A DNA stretch of 64,000 nucleotides from Leucoraja erinacea (taxonomy: Eukaryota), in the NCBI RefSeq assembly GCF_028641065.1, contig NC_073403.1, positions 10,478,001 to 10,542,000 of the forward strand. The letters run 5' to 3'. A program made the position numbers and the translations under genes. Of the stretch, positions 1 to 11,758 are shown piece after piece (position 1 is the first letter of the stretch; each line of letters begins with the position of its first letter). The notes beneath the pieces were generated by a model, which saw only the letters and a program-made list of their open reading frames with translations, was not told the origin of the DNA and did not search any database.

Positions 1-31
1 GACACATAGCTGGAGTAAGAAGCTGTACTAC

Positions 32-236
32 CTGTCAGCTGAATGTACTTCTCTTCCTCTGTGCTATTCAGTGCATTTTGCAGGATCTGTGCCGTGCAGA
101 TGATAACATCATTCTTCCGCACAACGTTTGCAAAATGCTCTTTAAGCTCCGAATCACCGCTGATGGGTACCACATTATACTTGGGCGTTAGGAATGGCAT
201 AAACTCATTATCATAGTGTTGATTCACCAGAGGCAC
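32..236 (-). CDS. DHX58: DHX58/LGP2 coding exon 2 (Hel1 domain); gene continues off the left edge
   Basis: AG acceptor and GTAGT donor; 205 nt translating VPLVNQHYDNEFMPFL...ISGDSELKEHFANVVRKNDVIICTAQILQNALNSTEEEKYIQLT (RIG-I-like helicase motifs), in phase with the 4782-4958 exon. Confidence 0.93.
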
Positions 237-388
237 CTATAAAATGAATGCCCATCATTGTGTTTACCATACAGATGTTTAGATTTTAATACCATTAATG
301 TTGTAAGAATTCCAGACCCTTATCATCATTTGTGTACAATTACTTATTCAAACTTAATTAATGTTAATGTTGCTCAATGTAATGTTAC

Positions 389-880
389 TCAATTTTGGGC
401 CCCATATCTGAGGAGGGATGTCCTGGCTCTGGAGAGGGTACAGAGGAGGCTTGCACGAGTGATCAGTGGAATGAGTGGGTTAATATATGATGAGCGTTTG
501 CCGGCACTGGGCCTGTACTCGCTGGTGTTTAACAGGAGGGGGGACCTCATTGAAACTTACTGAATGAGAGTGGATGAGAGTCTAGGACCCGACTAGCCTC
601 AGAATTAAAGGACGTGCCTTCAGGAGGGAGATGAGGAGGAATTTATTTAGGCAGATGGTGGTGAATCTGTGGAATTCTCTGCCACAGAAAGCTGTGGAGG
701 CCGTCAATGGATATTTTTAAGGCAGTGATAGATATATTCTAGATTAGTATGGGTGTCAGGGGTTATCGGGAGAAGGCAGAAGAAAGGGGTTAGGAGGGAA
801 ATATAGATCAGCCATGATTGAATGATGGAGTAAACTTGATGGGCTGAATGGCCTAATTCTGCCCCTATCACTTATGACCT
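389..880 (+). mobile_element. CR1-type LINE 3' fragment
   Basis: QFWAPYLRRDVLALERVQRR...LGLYSL...RGDLIETY ORF2 C-terminus plus conserved 3'UTR. Confidence 0.85.
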
Positions 881-3800
881 ATCTTTTCCTAGATGATTTC
901 ACCAATTTTACTTAACTCTATGGATTTTTTTAGGACCAACAGGAGGAAGAAGGAAATAGGAATAGGAGGGTGACAATGTTTATCATATCATCTTTGCCAA
1001 TCAATTTGACCATGCCGAAGAATTTTATATCAACTTTCTTTTCTTTTCTAAATGTTCCCTTCGTACCCAAAGATCTACTTGATTTAATCTTGAATACACG
1101 TATCAACTGCTTGGACAAAGAATTTCAAAATTTATAGTATTTTAATGGTTGTTTCTCCCAATTTGTCATTAATGCATGACCTTTAACCTAAGATTATGAA
1201 CCATATTCAACTAATCAGGAAAAACTAACACTCATCACCCAATTTGACATACTCTCCAAGCATCAAATAAATTTAGTAGAACCAATTTATAAATCTAATT
1301 AATTAATTGGCAATAATCAGTGATATTAAATAATGAGGATAGATGAATAAATGGATAGATGGCCAATTAAATGGATAACTAGTTAAATAAATAAAAATAT
1401 TATTGATTGATGATTTATTACATTTACTTAATTTTATAAATTTAATAAATCCAATTAATTTCCAATAAACAACAACCCAATAAACTGCAGTTAATATCAT
1501 ATTTTTCTGAACATAAATTGTAATGAAAATCCATAAACAATGGCTGGAAGCCAACAATATAATTGAGTGCTGGAAATACTTAAGATTGCAGGCAACATCA
1601 GTGGAGAGAAAACATAGTTAACATTTCAGTTCAAAGAAAAATCATTGATCCAAAAATAGAACTCTTCTTTCTCTCTCCATTGATACTGTCTGGCTTTACT
1701 TAGTACTTCCAGCATTTTGTAATACATTATTTAAAAAAAAGCAGAACTATTTAACTCAACTCTCATCCTAAGAATTAATCTAATGGATTCACCAAGATCA
1801 TTTTGCTGCTGGGCTCAAGATTACATTTCAGAACTAACATTTCATCTGGAATTGTTAGCTGCAAGCAATGAAGAGACGATGGAATAATAATCTTCACCAC
1901 TACAGGGGATTTATTGCATTCAACCAAAACAATGGAGTGATGCAACACAAAGACAAAGTCATCCCTATGGGAGAGTTTCAGGCCAGGATAAATGTAATTA
2001 TTTTAACCCACAATTATTCACTTCACAGCAGCCTTAATGGATATTGCATAGCATTAGAAGCTTCAATCAGAAATTTCAATGGTAAGTATTCCTTTTCACT
2101 ATGATGGAATACTTTAAAGCTACGGGCAATTTAGAAATGCATGAAAAATCCAACCCCACCAATCATATAAAACATACAAACATCACCCAGTAGCTGTATA
2201 TTTTTAAACTGTGTCGAAAATATGGAACTTTTTAGTATATTAGAACATTTTCTCCCAAACATTATTCTTCATTCGAAAACTTGGTATGAACATACTGAGA
2301 ATGTCTTGTGTCATCATTCACTGAGCTAGATCTAAATAAACTCTTAAAGGCTTAACATTAATTTCTCCCTGTGCAAGGAGCTGCTCTCTCAGTATCACAA
2401 CATTTAAGAAATTGACACCAAAACAGACACACTAACACCCGTAATCAAATGGCAAGAGTACATAGTTGAGAACAATGGGTGTCCCCAAATAACATTGAAA
2501 TACACCTTTAAAAATGCTGTTCCAAATAAGCATTAGAAAATCTATCACACATTAGTTTTTTGTTTATATTTGTTCATGAAATCTATGCCTCATTGGCAAG
2601 GCTGGTCAATGTCCATGCTCTCTTAAAGTTACTCTGTGACATGCAAGGTCATCTAAGAAAAGCAACCATGTTAATGGGCTTGCCAGACCAGGTGAGTGGC
2701 ATATTTCCTGTCCTGAAGCTATCAGTGAACAAAACTGTTTTACAACACCTGTAATAAACTCATAATCACTCCCACTAGCTTTCACCCGGTTTATTTAATT
2801 CCCTGAATTCAAGTACCCCAACCGCCATGGTGGGGTTTGAACCCATGTCACCAGCACAAAATGCTTTTCTTTATTAGACTGTTGCTTCTAATATTTCTGA
2901 AGCAAAATATTAAAATTATCATAGATACTCCAGGTTCTCCTGTCTATGCATGTAATCTTAATCTCTATTCCCTGGAGGCCTTCCAGTAAATCCTCTCTGT
3001 GCCATTGCTCCTTTCTCTCCTAATGTAAGCAGCCGGAATCGCTGTCATCAGCATGCCACCTGCACTCGTCACTAACAAACATGCCAATAGCAGTCCAAGG
3101 CAAAAATGAGCTGCAGGTATCGGAAATCAGAAATGAAAACAGAAACCGGTGAAAATAGCAAGTAAGGCAGCATCTTTGGAGTCAACATTTCATGCTGATC
3201 ACCTTTCATTAGGACACCAGATATCTTAACTTAATGCACCACCAAGAAAAAAGAGTGCTCTGGCAGAGGGGGCGCCAAGAATGAAGAGGGAACCGGTGGG
3301 CTGCCTGCGACCATGCTTAATAGATAGTCCAGTTCTTCGCTGCGAGGAGATAAGATTGTACAAAGAACTTTTAAAACTTTGTTGGCACCACAAACGTGGC
3401 AACTCTTTGTGTACTACCTCGGTGAAGTCTGCTGTGTGAATTTACTGGACTGTGTGCAAAAACAAATAATTTCACTGTACCTAGGTACATGTGGCAAAGT
3501 TACATTGAACATTGAATTCATTGTATCTGACGATGTCAATTGATGGGAGGTCCCATCTCAAAATCATGTGATCTTGAATGGTGACAGGGCCATGTATGAT
3601 GCCATGCCATCACGCGAAGTGTTTTGAAAGAACAATACCACTCGGTGAAAAGTATTGAGCAGCACCTGACACACAGTCAGACAACTCCAAAATTTGATTA
3701 GGCGTTTAAAGATTTCAAACTTTACTCAAAAATGTATGTATGTATATTTAAAAAACACATTTGTTGATTAGAAGTATTGAATCAAATTTAGTTTGAAAAC

Positions 3801-4039
3801 AGCATACTAACTTATTCTCACACATCTCCTACTCAACAGGTCCACTTTATTCAAAGGAGTGAGCTCACTGCTCCTGTGCCAAGTCTAATGACTTCTGTTC
3901 AACTGTTTGGGAATTGGAACTGGTCTACGCTCTGTCACTGAGTGGAGCCAACTCTACAGCACCCATGAGAAATTGCTGGTGAAGTTAATCCAGCAAATCT
4001 GGGAACTCCATTCTCTAAACTTGGTGACACACCGAGGGT

Positions 4040-4625
4040 CACTGGTTATAGAGTCAGAGTTGTGCAGCATCGGAACAGGCCCTTCAGCCCACTGCATTTA
4101 TGTCGAACATTGTGCCTAATATACTAATCCTTCTTGCCTGCATTAATTTTATATCCCTCTATGCCTTAATAAAAAAAGGAACTGCGGATATTGATTTATA
4201 CCAAAGATAGACACAAAATGCTGGAGTAACTCAGCGGGTCAGGCAGCATCTCTGGTGAAAATGGATGGGTGACATTTCAGGGTGCCGAACGAGATGTCAC
4301 CAACCCATTTTCTCCAGCGATGCTGCCTGACCCGCTGAGTTACTCCAGCATTTTGTCTCTATCCTTCTATGCCTTGCTTTTCTAGTAACTGTCCAGATGC
4401 CTCTTAGCTGTTGTTACTGATTTTGCCTCCACACCTCCTCAGGTGGTTCATTCTAGGTATCAACCACTCTGTGTGAAATAAATTAGCCCTTAGATTTCCT
4501 TTAAACCTCCTCCCTCTCATCTTAAACCTATGCCTTCTGGTTTTAGACATCCCTACCATGGTAAACAGACTCTGGCTAATCACCCTTAGGATGCTTACCA
4601 TCATTTCATATACCTCAACCATGCC
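4040..4625 (-). mobile_element. CR1-type LINE 3' fragment, interrupted by the fold-back element
   Basis: ORF 4404-4622 (VEVYEMM...SKTRRHRFKMRGRRFKGNLR) resembles the CR1 ORF2 C-terminus. Confidence 0.7.
4207..4363. repeat. fold-back element made of two inverted Penelope-type terminal repeats
   Basis: ~60 bp arms AGACACAAAATGCTGGAGTAACTCAGCGGGTCAGGCAGCATC... and the reverse complement; same sequence as the 3' tail of the 50255-51282 element. Confidence 0.75.
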
Positions 4626-4781
4626 ACCTCACCACCTCCTTTGTTGCACAGATAATGTCCACCATCTCCCCACAAGTTCTAACCCAGGAAGTTGCTTGGC
4701 CAGACAATACCACTGCTTTCAATAACACCGACTTACCAACACATGGTTTAAAGCATTAACATGGGGACTGCAGTATCTTAC

Positions 4782-4958
4782 CTTGTTTACAAGAACAACC
4801 ACTTTGCCTTGACCTTTCTTTTGGTCCAGATGGTGCCTGGCAACAAACACAGCTGCCCGTGTCTTGCCTGCACCTGTCGGGAGCCAAATGATGATATTTT
4901 TCCCCTCGAGGGCAGGTTGCACCACCTCCCACTGATAGTCACGCAAATCAATTTGCAT
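4782..4958 (-). CDS. DHX58: DHX58/LGP2 first coding exon (Q motif, Walker A)
   Basis: [39 protein letters not shown]...VVLVNK; no CARD seen upstream; acceptor at 4966-4967, GTAAG donor at 4781; adjacent to KAT2A as in human. Confidence 0.95.
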
Positions 4959-5832
4959 TTTGTATCTGCAAAACCAAAAACAATTAACCCTGCTATCATC
5001 TTGTATCCAAAATAACCTATTGATTTAGCTTAATCAATTTATCAACAGTTTGCCAAGAAAAATATCTGATGTTTTTTCCTATCACTTTCATTTGCTGCTG
5101 AAGAGGTGAGGTTTGGATCATTAGCTTAGAATCTAGAAGCAGCGAGGATGTGAAAGTTGATGGGAACATCAGCAAGAACTCAAACTTAATGGGATTGAAG
5201 TGTGAGGAGAATATGAAAGAGCTAGTACCTTAAAGCTTGGCTGTGAGTTCATGATAGAGATACTGAGGAGATGGGAAATCAATTATGGAGAGTCAGTGCA
5301 ATGATAGAAATTATGGATCATAAACAATGGCACAAGCTGCATCTGCGAAGGTTATGTAAAGACTCAAAGTCTAATTCTGAATCTTCATTGGCATTGTTCA
5401 TATTCATTCAGAGAGGGGAAAGACATCTACTTTTTAAGCTCTGTTTGTATAACTAACATGGCTTTATTCTTAAAACATTGTATCAGATTTTCATTAGCTA
5501 AAATAAATGAAAATGAAAACAGAGCAGTTAATGTAACAGCTGACAGACATTGGCAGCTCTACATCTAAATGGCAAATCTGTGCAATTTGACCTTCTTCAT
5601 ATTTCCCTACGGTATTCAGCAAAATGAAACATAACAATTTTGAAACAAATGATTCAGTCAAAGAATCTTCCCTATTCTCTTAGTTTACCATGACACAGAT
5701 CTATCATAGAAAAGGGTCAAATTTAACTATCAAGATAAAAACCTTGCTCAGTGCAATGGTTGTAAAACAAACATTGAGAAGTTCCAGGCTGATAAATTAT
5801 TCCAATACTAAATGTAAACCACATCTGCCACA

Positions 5833-6285
5833 CAAGAATGATCCCAGGAATGAGTTGGTTAACATATGATGAGTGTTTGACGTCACTGGGCCTGTACTCA
5901 CAGGAGTTTAGAAGGATGAGGAGGGACTTCATTGAAACTTACCAAATAGTGAAAGTCTTGGATAGAGTGGATGTGGAGAGGATGTTTCCACTAGTGGGAG
6001 AGTCTAGGACTAGAGCTCATAGCCTCAAAATTAAAGGACGTTCCTTTAGGAAGGAGATGAGGAGGGATTTCTTTAGTGTGAAGGTGGTGAATCGAAAGGC
6101 TGTGGAGGCCAAGTCAGCAGATATTTTTAAGACTGAGATAGATTCCTGATTAGTACGGGTGTCAGGGGTTATAGGGAGAAGGCAGGAGAATGGGATTAGG
6201 AGGGAGAGATGGATCAACCAGGATTGAATGGTGCTGCAGACTTGATGGGCGGAATGAGCTATTTCTACTACTATAACTTATGACC
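5833..6285 (+). mobile_element. CR1-type LINE 3' fragment
   Basis: IPGMSWLTYDECLTSLGLYSQEFRRMRRDFIETY...; same family as 389-880. Confidence 0.85.
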
Positions 6286-6859
6286 TAAGTGAGTGAATTA
6301 CATAGTGACTGAAGTTATTAGTTTGGAATTATGCACCAACAGCTCAAAAAAATATGCATCACAGTGTTTCCAGACGTCCTTTTAATTAGGATTAAATTCC
6401 CTCAACAAAAATGATAGTGATTTAGCAAGCTGCTTTTGCTGCTGCCATGTTGTTTATTAGTATTGTCAGTGCAAGACAAGTACTAAACCAACCAAAGGAC
6501 CATTAAAGTCCTGTTTGACAAGAACAGGACATGTCCTCTGCAAGAAATCCTAATACAGATGCTTGATGAAGATACTGTAAACATAGTTCTCTTCAAACAT
6601 AGCCTATCATTTTGACCGACCGAGTTAACTATTCTGCAAAATCATTACCACAGCAATATTACATAAATCGGAAAACAATGAATTTGGTCTCATTACTGTC
6701 ACTACAAATTCCAAAATTGATTTTAAAACTTAGTGAAATTCACTGATGATTCATTGGAAAATATTGCATCACAGTGGTACAGCATATTTTACAGAACATG
6801 TAAGAACATGTTAGAGCACCAGTCAGTGCCAAGTTATCACATTTACAGTTTATCACAGT

Positions 6860-7160
6860 TTATTGTAGAGATATAGCATGGAAACGGACCCTTCGGCCCA
6901 CGCCAACCATCGATCACAAGTTCACCCTAGTCCTACATACTCCCACTTTCTCTTCCAATCCCTATACACTAGGGGCAATTTACAGAGGCCAATTAACCTA
7001 CAAATCCGCACGTCTTTGGGATGTTGCAGGACACTTGAGCACCTGGAGGAAACCCACGTGGTCACAAGGAGAACGCGCAAACTCCACACAGACAGCACCC
7101 GAGGTCAGTATCGAACCCAGGTCTCCAGTGCTGTGAGGCAGTGGCTCCACCAGCTGTGCC
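6860..7160 (-). mobile_element. tRNA-derived SINE (HE1-like)
   Basis: B-box GGTTCGATAC on minus strand; body matches the SINE at 47065-47378. Confidence 0.75.
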
Positions 7161-8385
7161 TTTGGAAAAGATTTAAACTGACACGCTGACACCACTAAGC
7201 CAGCTTTACGTTCCTGATATCCATTCGGTCATCCTGATTATTAAATACATCTTGGGGATGATTAGGTGAGTACAGATTAGGGTTGGGCTCTGACATGCAT
7301 ACACAACCCGATACATAGACACATAGACAATAGGTGCAGGAGTAGGCCATTCGGCCCTTCGAGCCAGCACCGCCTTTCAATGTGATCATGGTTGATCATC
7401 CACAATCAGTACCCCGTTCCCTTGGCTCTGTCTGAAGAAGGGTCTCGACACGAAACGCCACCCATTCCTCTCCAGAGATGCTACCTGTCCCACTGAGTTA
7501 CTCCTGCATTTTGTGTCTACCTTTTCTCCAGAGATGCTGCCTGACCCGCTGAGTTACTCTAGCATTTTGTGTCTATCTAAAGTAGAAACCAAACTTGGGC
7601 ATTAGTGTTTTGTCTCATCCCAAAATAGATTTATATAGTGTGTTTGTCTGTCTCTTTTGTGGAATCCATATCTGCAATTAGCTTCTTAAAATTATTTTTT
7701 GTACTATTATTAATTATTTTCTCTTCCAGGGGAAAGGGCAACAATAGATATAGAAGGTACTTAGGACAAATGAATGGAAAATATAGTATGCAGAAAGCAA
7801 TGATAATCAAGGAAATGTGGAGCTCACAATGGTCCATTGTTGGCTGTGGGATAGGTGATAACGAGTTAATAAAGACAGTGGAACTCAACAGGACGACAGT
7901 AAAACTAGTATGATGACTTGGGTGGGGGAGGGACAGAGAGTGAGGGATGCAAGGGCTACTTGAAGTTAGAGAAATCAAGTTTCATACCGCTGGGTTGTCA
8001 GCTGCCCATGCAAAATATAGATTCCTACATCATAGTTGGAAATAATTGCACATAGCAAGCTCCTGCAGTCAACAGTGTGTTAATCACATAACCCGCCCTT
8101 TGGTTACATTTAGTGATCGTTAAATGTTAAGTCAACATACTCGAGAAAACTTTCCTGATCCTCTTCACAATAATTCTCTAGGATGTTTTAGATGCATCAG
8201 ACAGGAGCAGAGTCAAATACAGCACCTCCGATGGTGCAGAGCCCCCTCAGACACTGGCACCACCAGCCTAGACTTTTGTGCTCAAACCTCACAAGTGAAC
8301 TTGAAATAAGTGAATTTAAAAAATGTATCAGCAGAATCCCCATCTAATATGCTAGCACGGTTAATGAATTAAATACCCAACTCAC

Positions 8386-8490
8386 CAAGAAGCCTTCTTG
8401 CTCTTCTCTGAGCAGTGGATGAGGAAGTAGCATCATCTGATTCTGTTTTGGCTTTTAAATGAAATGCATAGGTTTTGTTCTGTTCTCTCC
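8386..8490 (-). other. DHX58: candidate non-coding first exon of DHX58
   Basis: TTG|GTGAGT donor at 8385, just downstream of an ISRE; the ATG exon starts with an acceptor so an upstream exon must exist; 5' boundary approximate. Confidence 0.55.
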
Positions 8491-8495
8491 GGAAT

Positions 8496-8508
8496 AGAAA
8501 CTGAAACT
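8496..8508 (-). promoter_or_regulatory. ISRE (interferon-stimulated response element)
   Basis: AGTTTCAGTTTCT on minus strand matches AGTTTCNNTTTCY; located upstream of interferon-inducible DHX58. Confidence 0.7.
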
Positions 8509-8815
8509 GCATCAAGGGCCCTGAAAAGGGGTATAATGACTGCCAACAGAAACTAAATGTTCAACATTTGTCAACAAGTAACAAAAGATTTGTTCCGTAG
8601 CAGTGACTTTAAATGCTGACTAAAACATTTGCTAATTTCAGCATGAAGTGCTATGTTACAATAGACAATAGGTGTAGGAGTAGGCCATTCGGCCCTTTGA
8701 GCCAGCACTGTGATCATGGCTGATCATCCACAATCAGTACCCTGTTCCTGCCTTTTCCCCATATCCCTTGACTCTGCTATCTTTAAGAACGCTATCTACA
8801 GGGCCCTCCATAATG

Positions 8816-10145
8816 CAGGGCTGCCAACAAGGGAGAGAGTGAGAGGGGAAGAGAGTGAGAGGGGAGAGAGAGAGGGTGAGAGGAGAGAGAGCGGATGAGA
8901 GGGGGAAGAGAGAGAAAGTCTCTGTCGAATTCGCCCAGGTGACCGGCATGGATCAGGCTGTGGCTCGGTGCATCCTGGAGGACAACCAGTGGCTGCTGGA
9001 AGTAAGTACCGAGCACTGGGTAGAAACGTTGGAAGGTAGTGGACTTCAAATGGGGGTGGTTGGTGAAAGCATCCTGCTTGCCTGCTAGATTTTCACTTAC
9101 TGTAACTGCAGGAAAATTGTTTCCGATGTTGGGGGCATTCAGAGTTTAAGAATAAAGGGGGGGGGGGGCAGTTAAGACTGAGATGAGGACAAACTTTCTT
9201 CACATAGAGAGTTGTGAATCTGTGGAATTCTCTGCCACAGAAGGCAGTGCAGGCCAATTCACTGGATGTTTTCAAGAGAGTTACATTTAGTTCTTGGGGC
9301 TAACGACATCAAGGGATATGGGGAAAAAACAGGAAAGAGGTACTGATTTTAGATGAATAGCCATGATCATATTGAATGGCAGTGCTGGCTCGAAGGGCCG
9401 AATGGCCTATTCCTGCACCTATTTTCTATGTATCTATGCTTGAGTATATGACAATAAAGCTCGATCACTTGATTTTGAAGCATTCATGCATGGTGGAGGT
9501 ATAATGTAGTCATAGAGTGATACAGTGTGAAAACAGGCCCTTCGATGCAACTTGCCCACACCCGCCAACATGTCCCAGCTACGCCACCTGCTTTTGGTCC
9601 ATATCTCCAAACCTGTCCTATCCATGTATCAGTCTAACTTTTTCTTAAATGTTGGGATGGTCCCTGCCTCAACTACCTCCTCTGGCAGCTTGTTCCATAC
9701 ACCCATCACCCTTTGTGTGGATAAAGTTACCCCTTAAAAAGTTACCTCTTAAAAATACTTCATACAAAAAACATTAAAATCATACTTCTACAGTGCACTA
9801 AAATATGATTTTAATACATCAAATTTCAAAAGGTTCCTACCCTTCTTCCACACCCTCTCCCCACTCGGTTGCTCCACTCCCTCACCGGGTACCCCCCAAG
9901 GCCAGTGATCACACAGCCTCCCCCCTTTCAAAAACGCTCCAATCCAATTTAAAGCATATATATTGCATTCAAGTGTAAGTTATAAGACTCGCTACAGTAT
10001 GCACCATATTGCACAATTTCAAGCTGAAAAATGCAAATGTTCCGTACCAAATGGAGGGGGCACCCCCCCGGGTCGCGATGCTCCCTCAGGCTTGGTCTCT
10101 CGCAAATTTTTCACTCCCAACTCTCACCCAATGTTGGCAGCCCTG
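8816..10145. mobile_element. non-autonomous TIR DNA element (possibly hAT-related) with 6-bp TSD, carrying a gene fragment
   Basis: perfect 14-bp TIR CAGGGCTGCCAACA/TGTTGGCAGCCCTG; TSD ATAATG at 8810-8815 and 10146-10151. Confidence 0.88.
8895..9007 (+). pseudogene. captured TDP2-like exon 1 fragment (UBA-like domain) with splice donor
   Basis: VEFAQVTGMDQAVARCILEDNQWLLE|GTAAGT resembles the recalled TDP2 N-terminus VEFASVASCDAAVAQCFLAENDWEME. Confidence 0.7.
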
Positions 10146-11758
10146 ATAATGTTTGGGACAAGGTCCCATCATTTATTTATTTGCCTCCGTGCTCCACAAT
10201 TTGAGATTTGTAATAGAAAAAAAAACACGTGGTTAAAGTGCACAGTGTCAGATTTTATTAAAGGGCATTTTTATACATTTTGGTTTCACCATTTAGAAAT
10301 TACATCAGTGTTTATACTTAGTCCCCCCATTTCAGGGCACCATGATGTTTGGGACACATGGCATCACAGGTCTTTGTAATTGCTCAGGTGTGCTTAATTG
10401 CCTCCTTATTGCAGGTATAAGAGAGCTCTCAGCATCTAATCTTTCCTCCAGTCTTTCCATCACCTTTGGAAACTCTTATTGCTGTTTATCAACATGAGGA
10501 CCAAAGTTGTGCCAATGAAAGTCAAATAAGCCATTATGAGACTGAGAAACAAGAATAAAACTGTTAGAGACAAACCGTAGGCTTACCAAAATCAACTATT
10601 TGGAACATCATTTAGAAGAAAGAGAGCACTGGTGAGCTTACTAATCGCAAAGGGACTGGCAGGCCAAGGAAGATCTCCACAGCTGATCACAGAATTCTCT
10701 GTATAATATAGAAAAATCCCCAAACACCTATCCGACAGATCATAAAAACTTTTCAGGAGTTAGGTGTTGATTTGTCAATGACCACTGTCCGCAGAAGACT
10801 TCATAAACTTACAGAGGCTGCACTGCAAGATGCAAACCACTGGTTAGCCGCAAAAATAGGATGGCCCAGTTACAGTTTGCCAAGAAGTACTTAAAAAAGG
10901 AACCACGGTTCTGGAAAAAGGTCTTGTGGACAGACGAGACAAAGATTAACTTATATCAGAGTGATAGCAAGAGCAAAGTATGGAGGAGAGAAGGAACTGC
11001 CCAATATCCAAAGCATACCACCTCATCTGTGAGGTAGTGGGGGTGTTATGGCCTGGGCATGTATGGCTGCTGAAGGTACTGGCTCACTTTTCATTGATGA
11101 TACAACTGCTGATGGTAGTAGCAACATGAATTCTGAAGTATATAGACACATCCTATATGCTCAAGTTCAAACAAATGCCTCAAAGCTCATTGGTTCATTC
11201 CACAGCAAGACAATGATTCCTAACATACTGCTAAAGCAACAAAGGAGTTTTTCAAAGTTAAATAATAGTCAATTATTGAGTGGCCAAGTCAATCATCCGA
11301 TCCGAACACAATTGAGCATGCCTTTTATATGCTGAAGATAAAACTGAAGGGGACTAGCCCCCAAAACAAGCATAAACTAAAGATGGCTGCAATACAGGCC
11401 TGGCAGTGCATCACCAGAAAAGACACCCAGCAACTGGTGATGTCTGAATTGCAGACTTCAAGCAGTCATTGCATGCAAAGGATATGAAACAAAACATTAA
11501 ACATGACTTACTTTCATTTACATGACATTGCTGTGTCCCAAATGTTATGGTGCCCTGAAATGGGGGGGACTATGTATAAACACTGCTGTAATTTCCACAT
11601 GGTGAAACCAAAATGTATAAATATGGCCTTTATTAAAATCTGACAATGTGCACTTTAACCAAGTGATTTTTTTTTCTATTACAAACTCAAATTGTGGGGA
11701 ACAGTGGCAAATAAACAAATGACGGGTCTTTGTCCAAAACATTATGGAGGGCACTGTA

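Larger units (their letters stand above)
8799..11756 (+). mobile_element. Tc1/mariner DNA transposon (decayed DD34E-type transposase, ~220 bp IR-DR termini), left TIR split by an insertion
   Basis: TA|CAGGGCCCTCCATAATG...CATTATGGAGGGCACTG|TA; long IRs 10146-10357 and 11533-11756; remnants KVLWTDETKINLY, MAWACMAAEGTG, WPSQSSDPNTIE with stops and frameshifts. Confidence 0.92.

Noticed and set aside
885-1560. Very AT-rich stretch resembling a NUMT or decayed L1
   Set aside because: No recognisable mitochondrial protein or RNA; only a vague L1-like resemblance that needs a profile search
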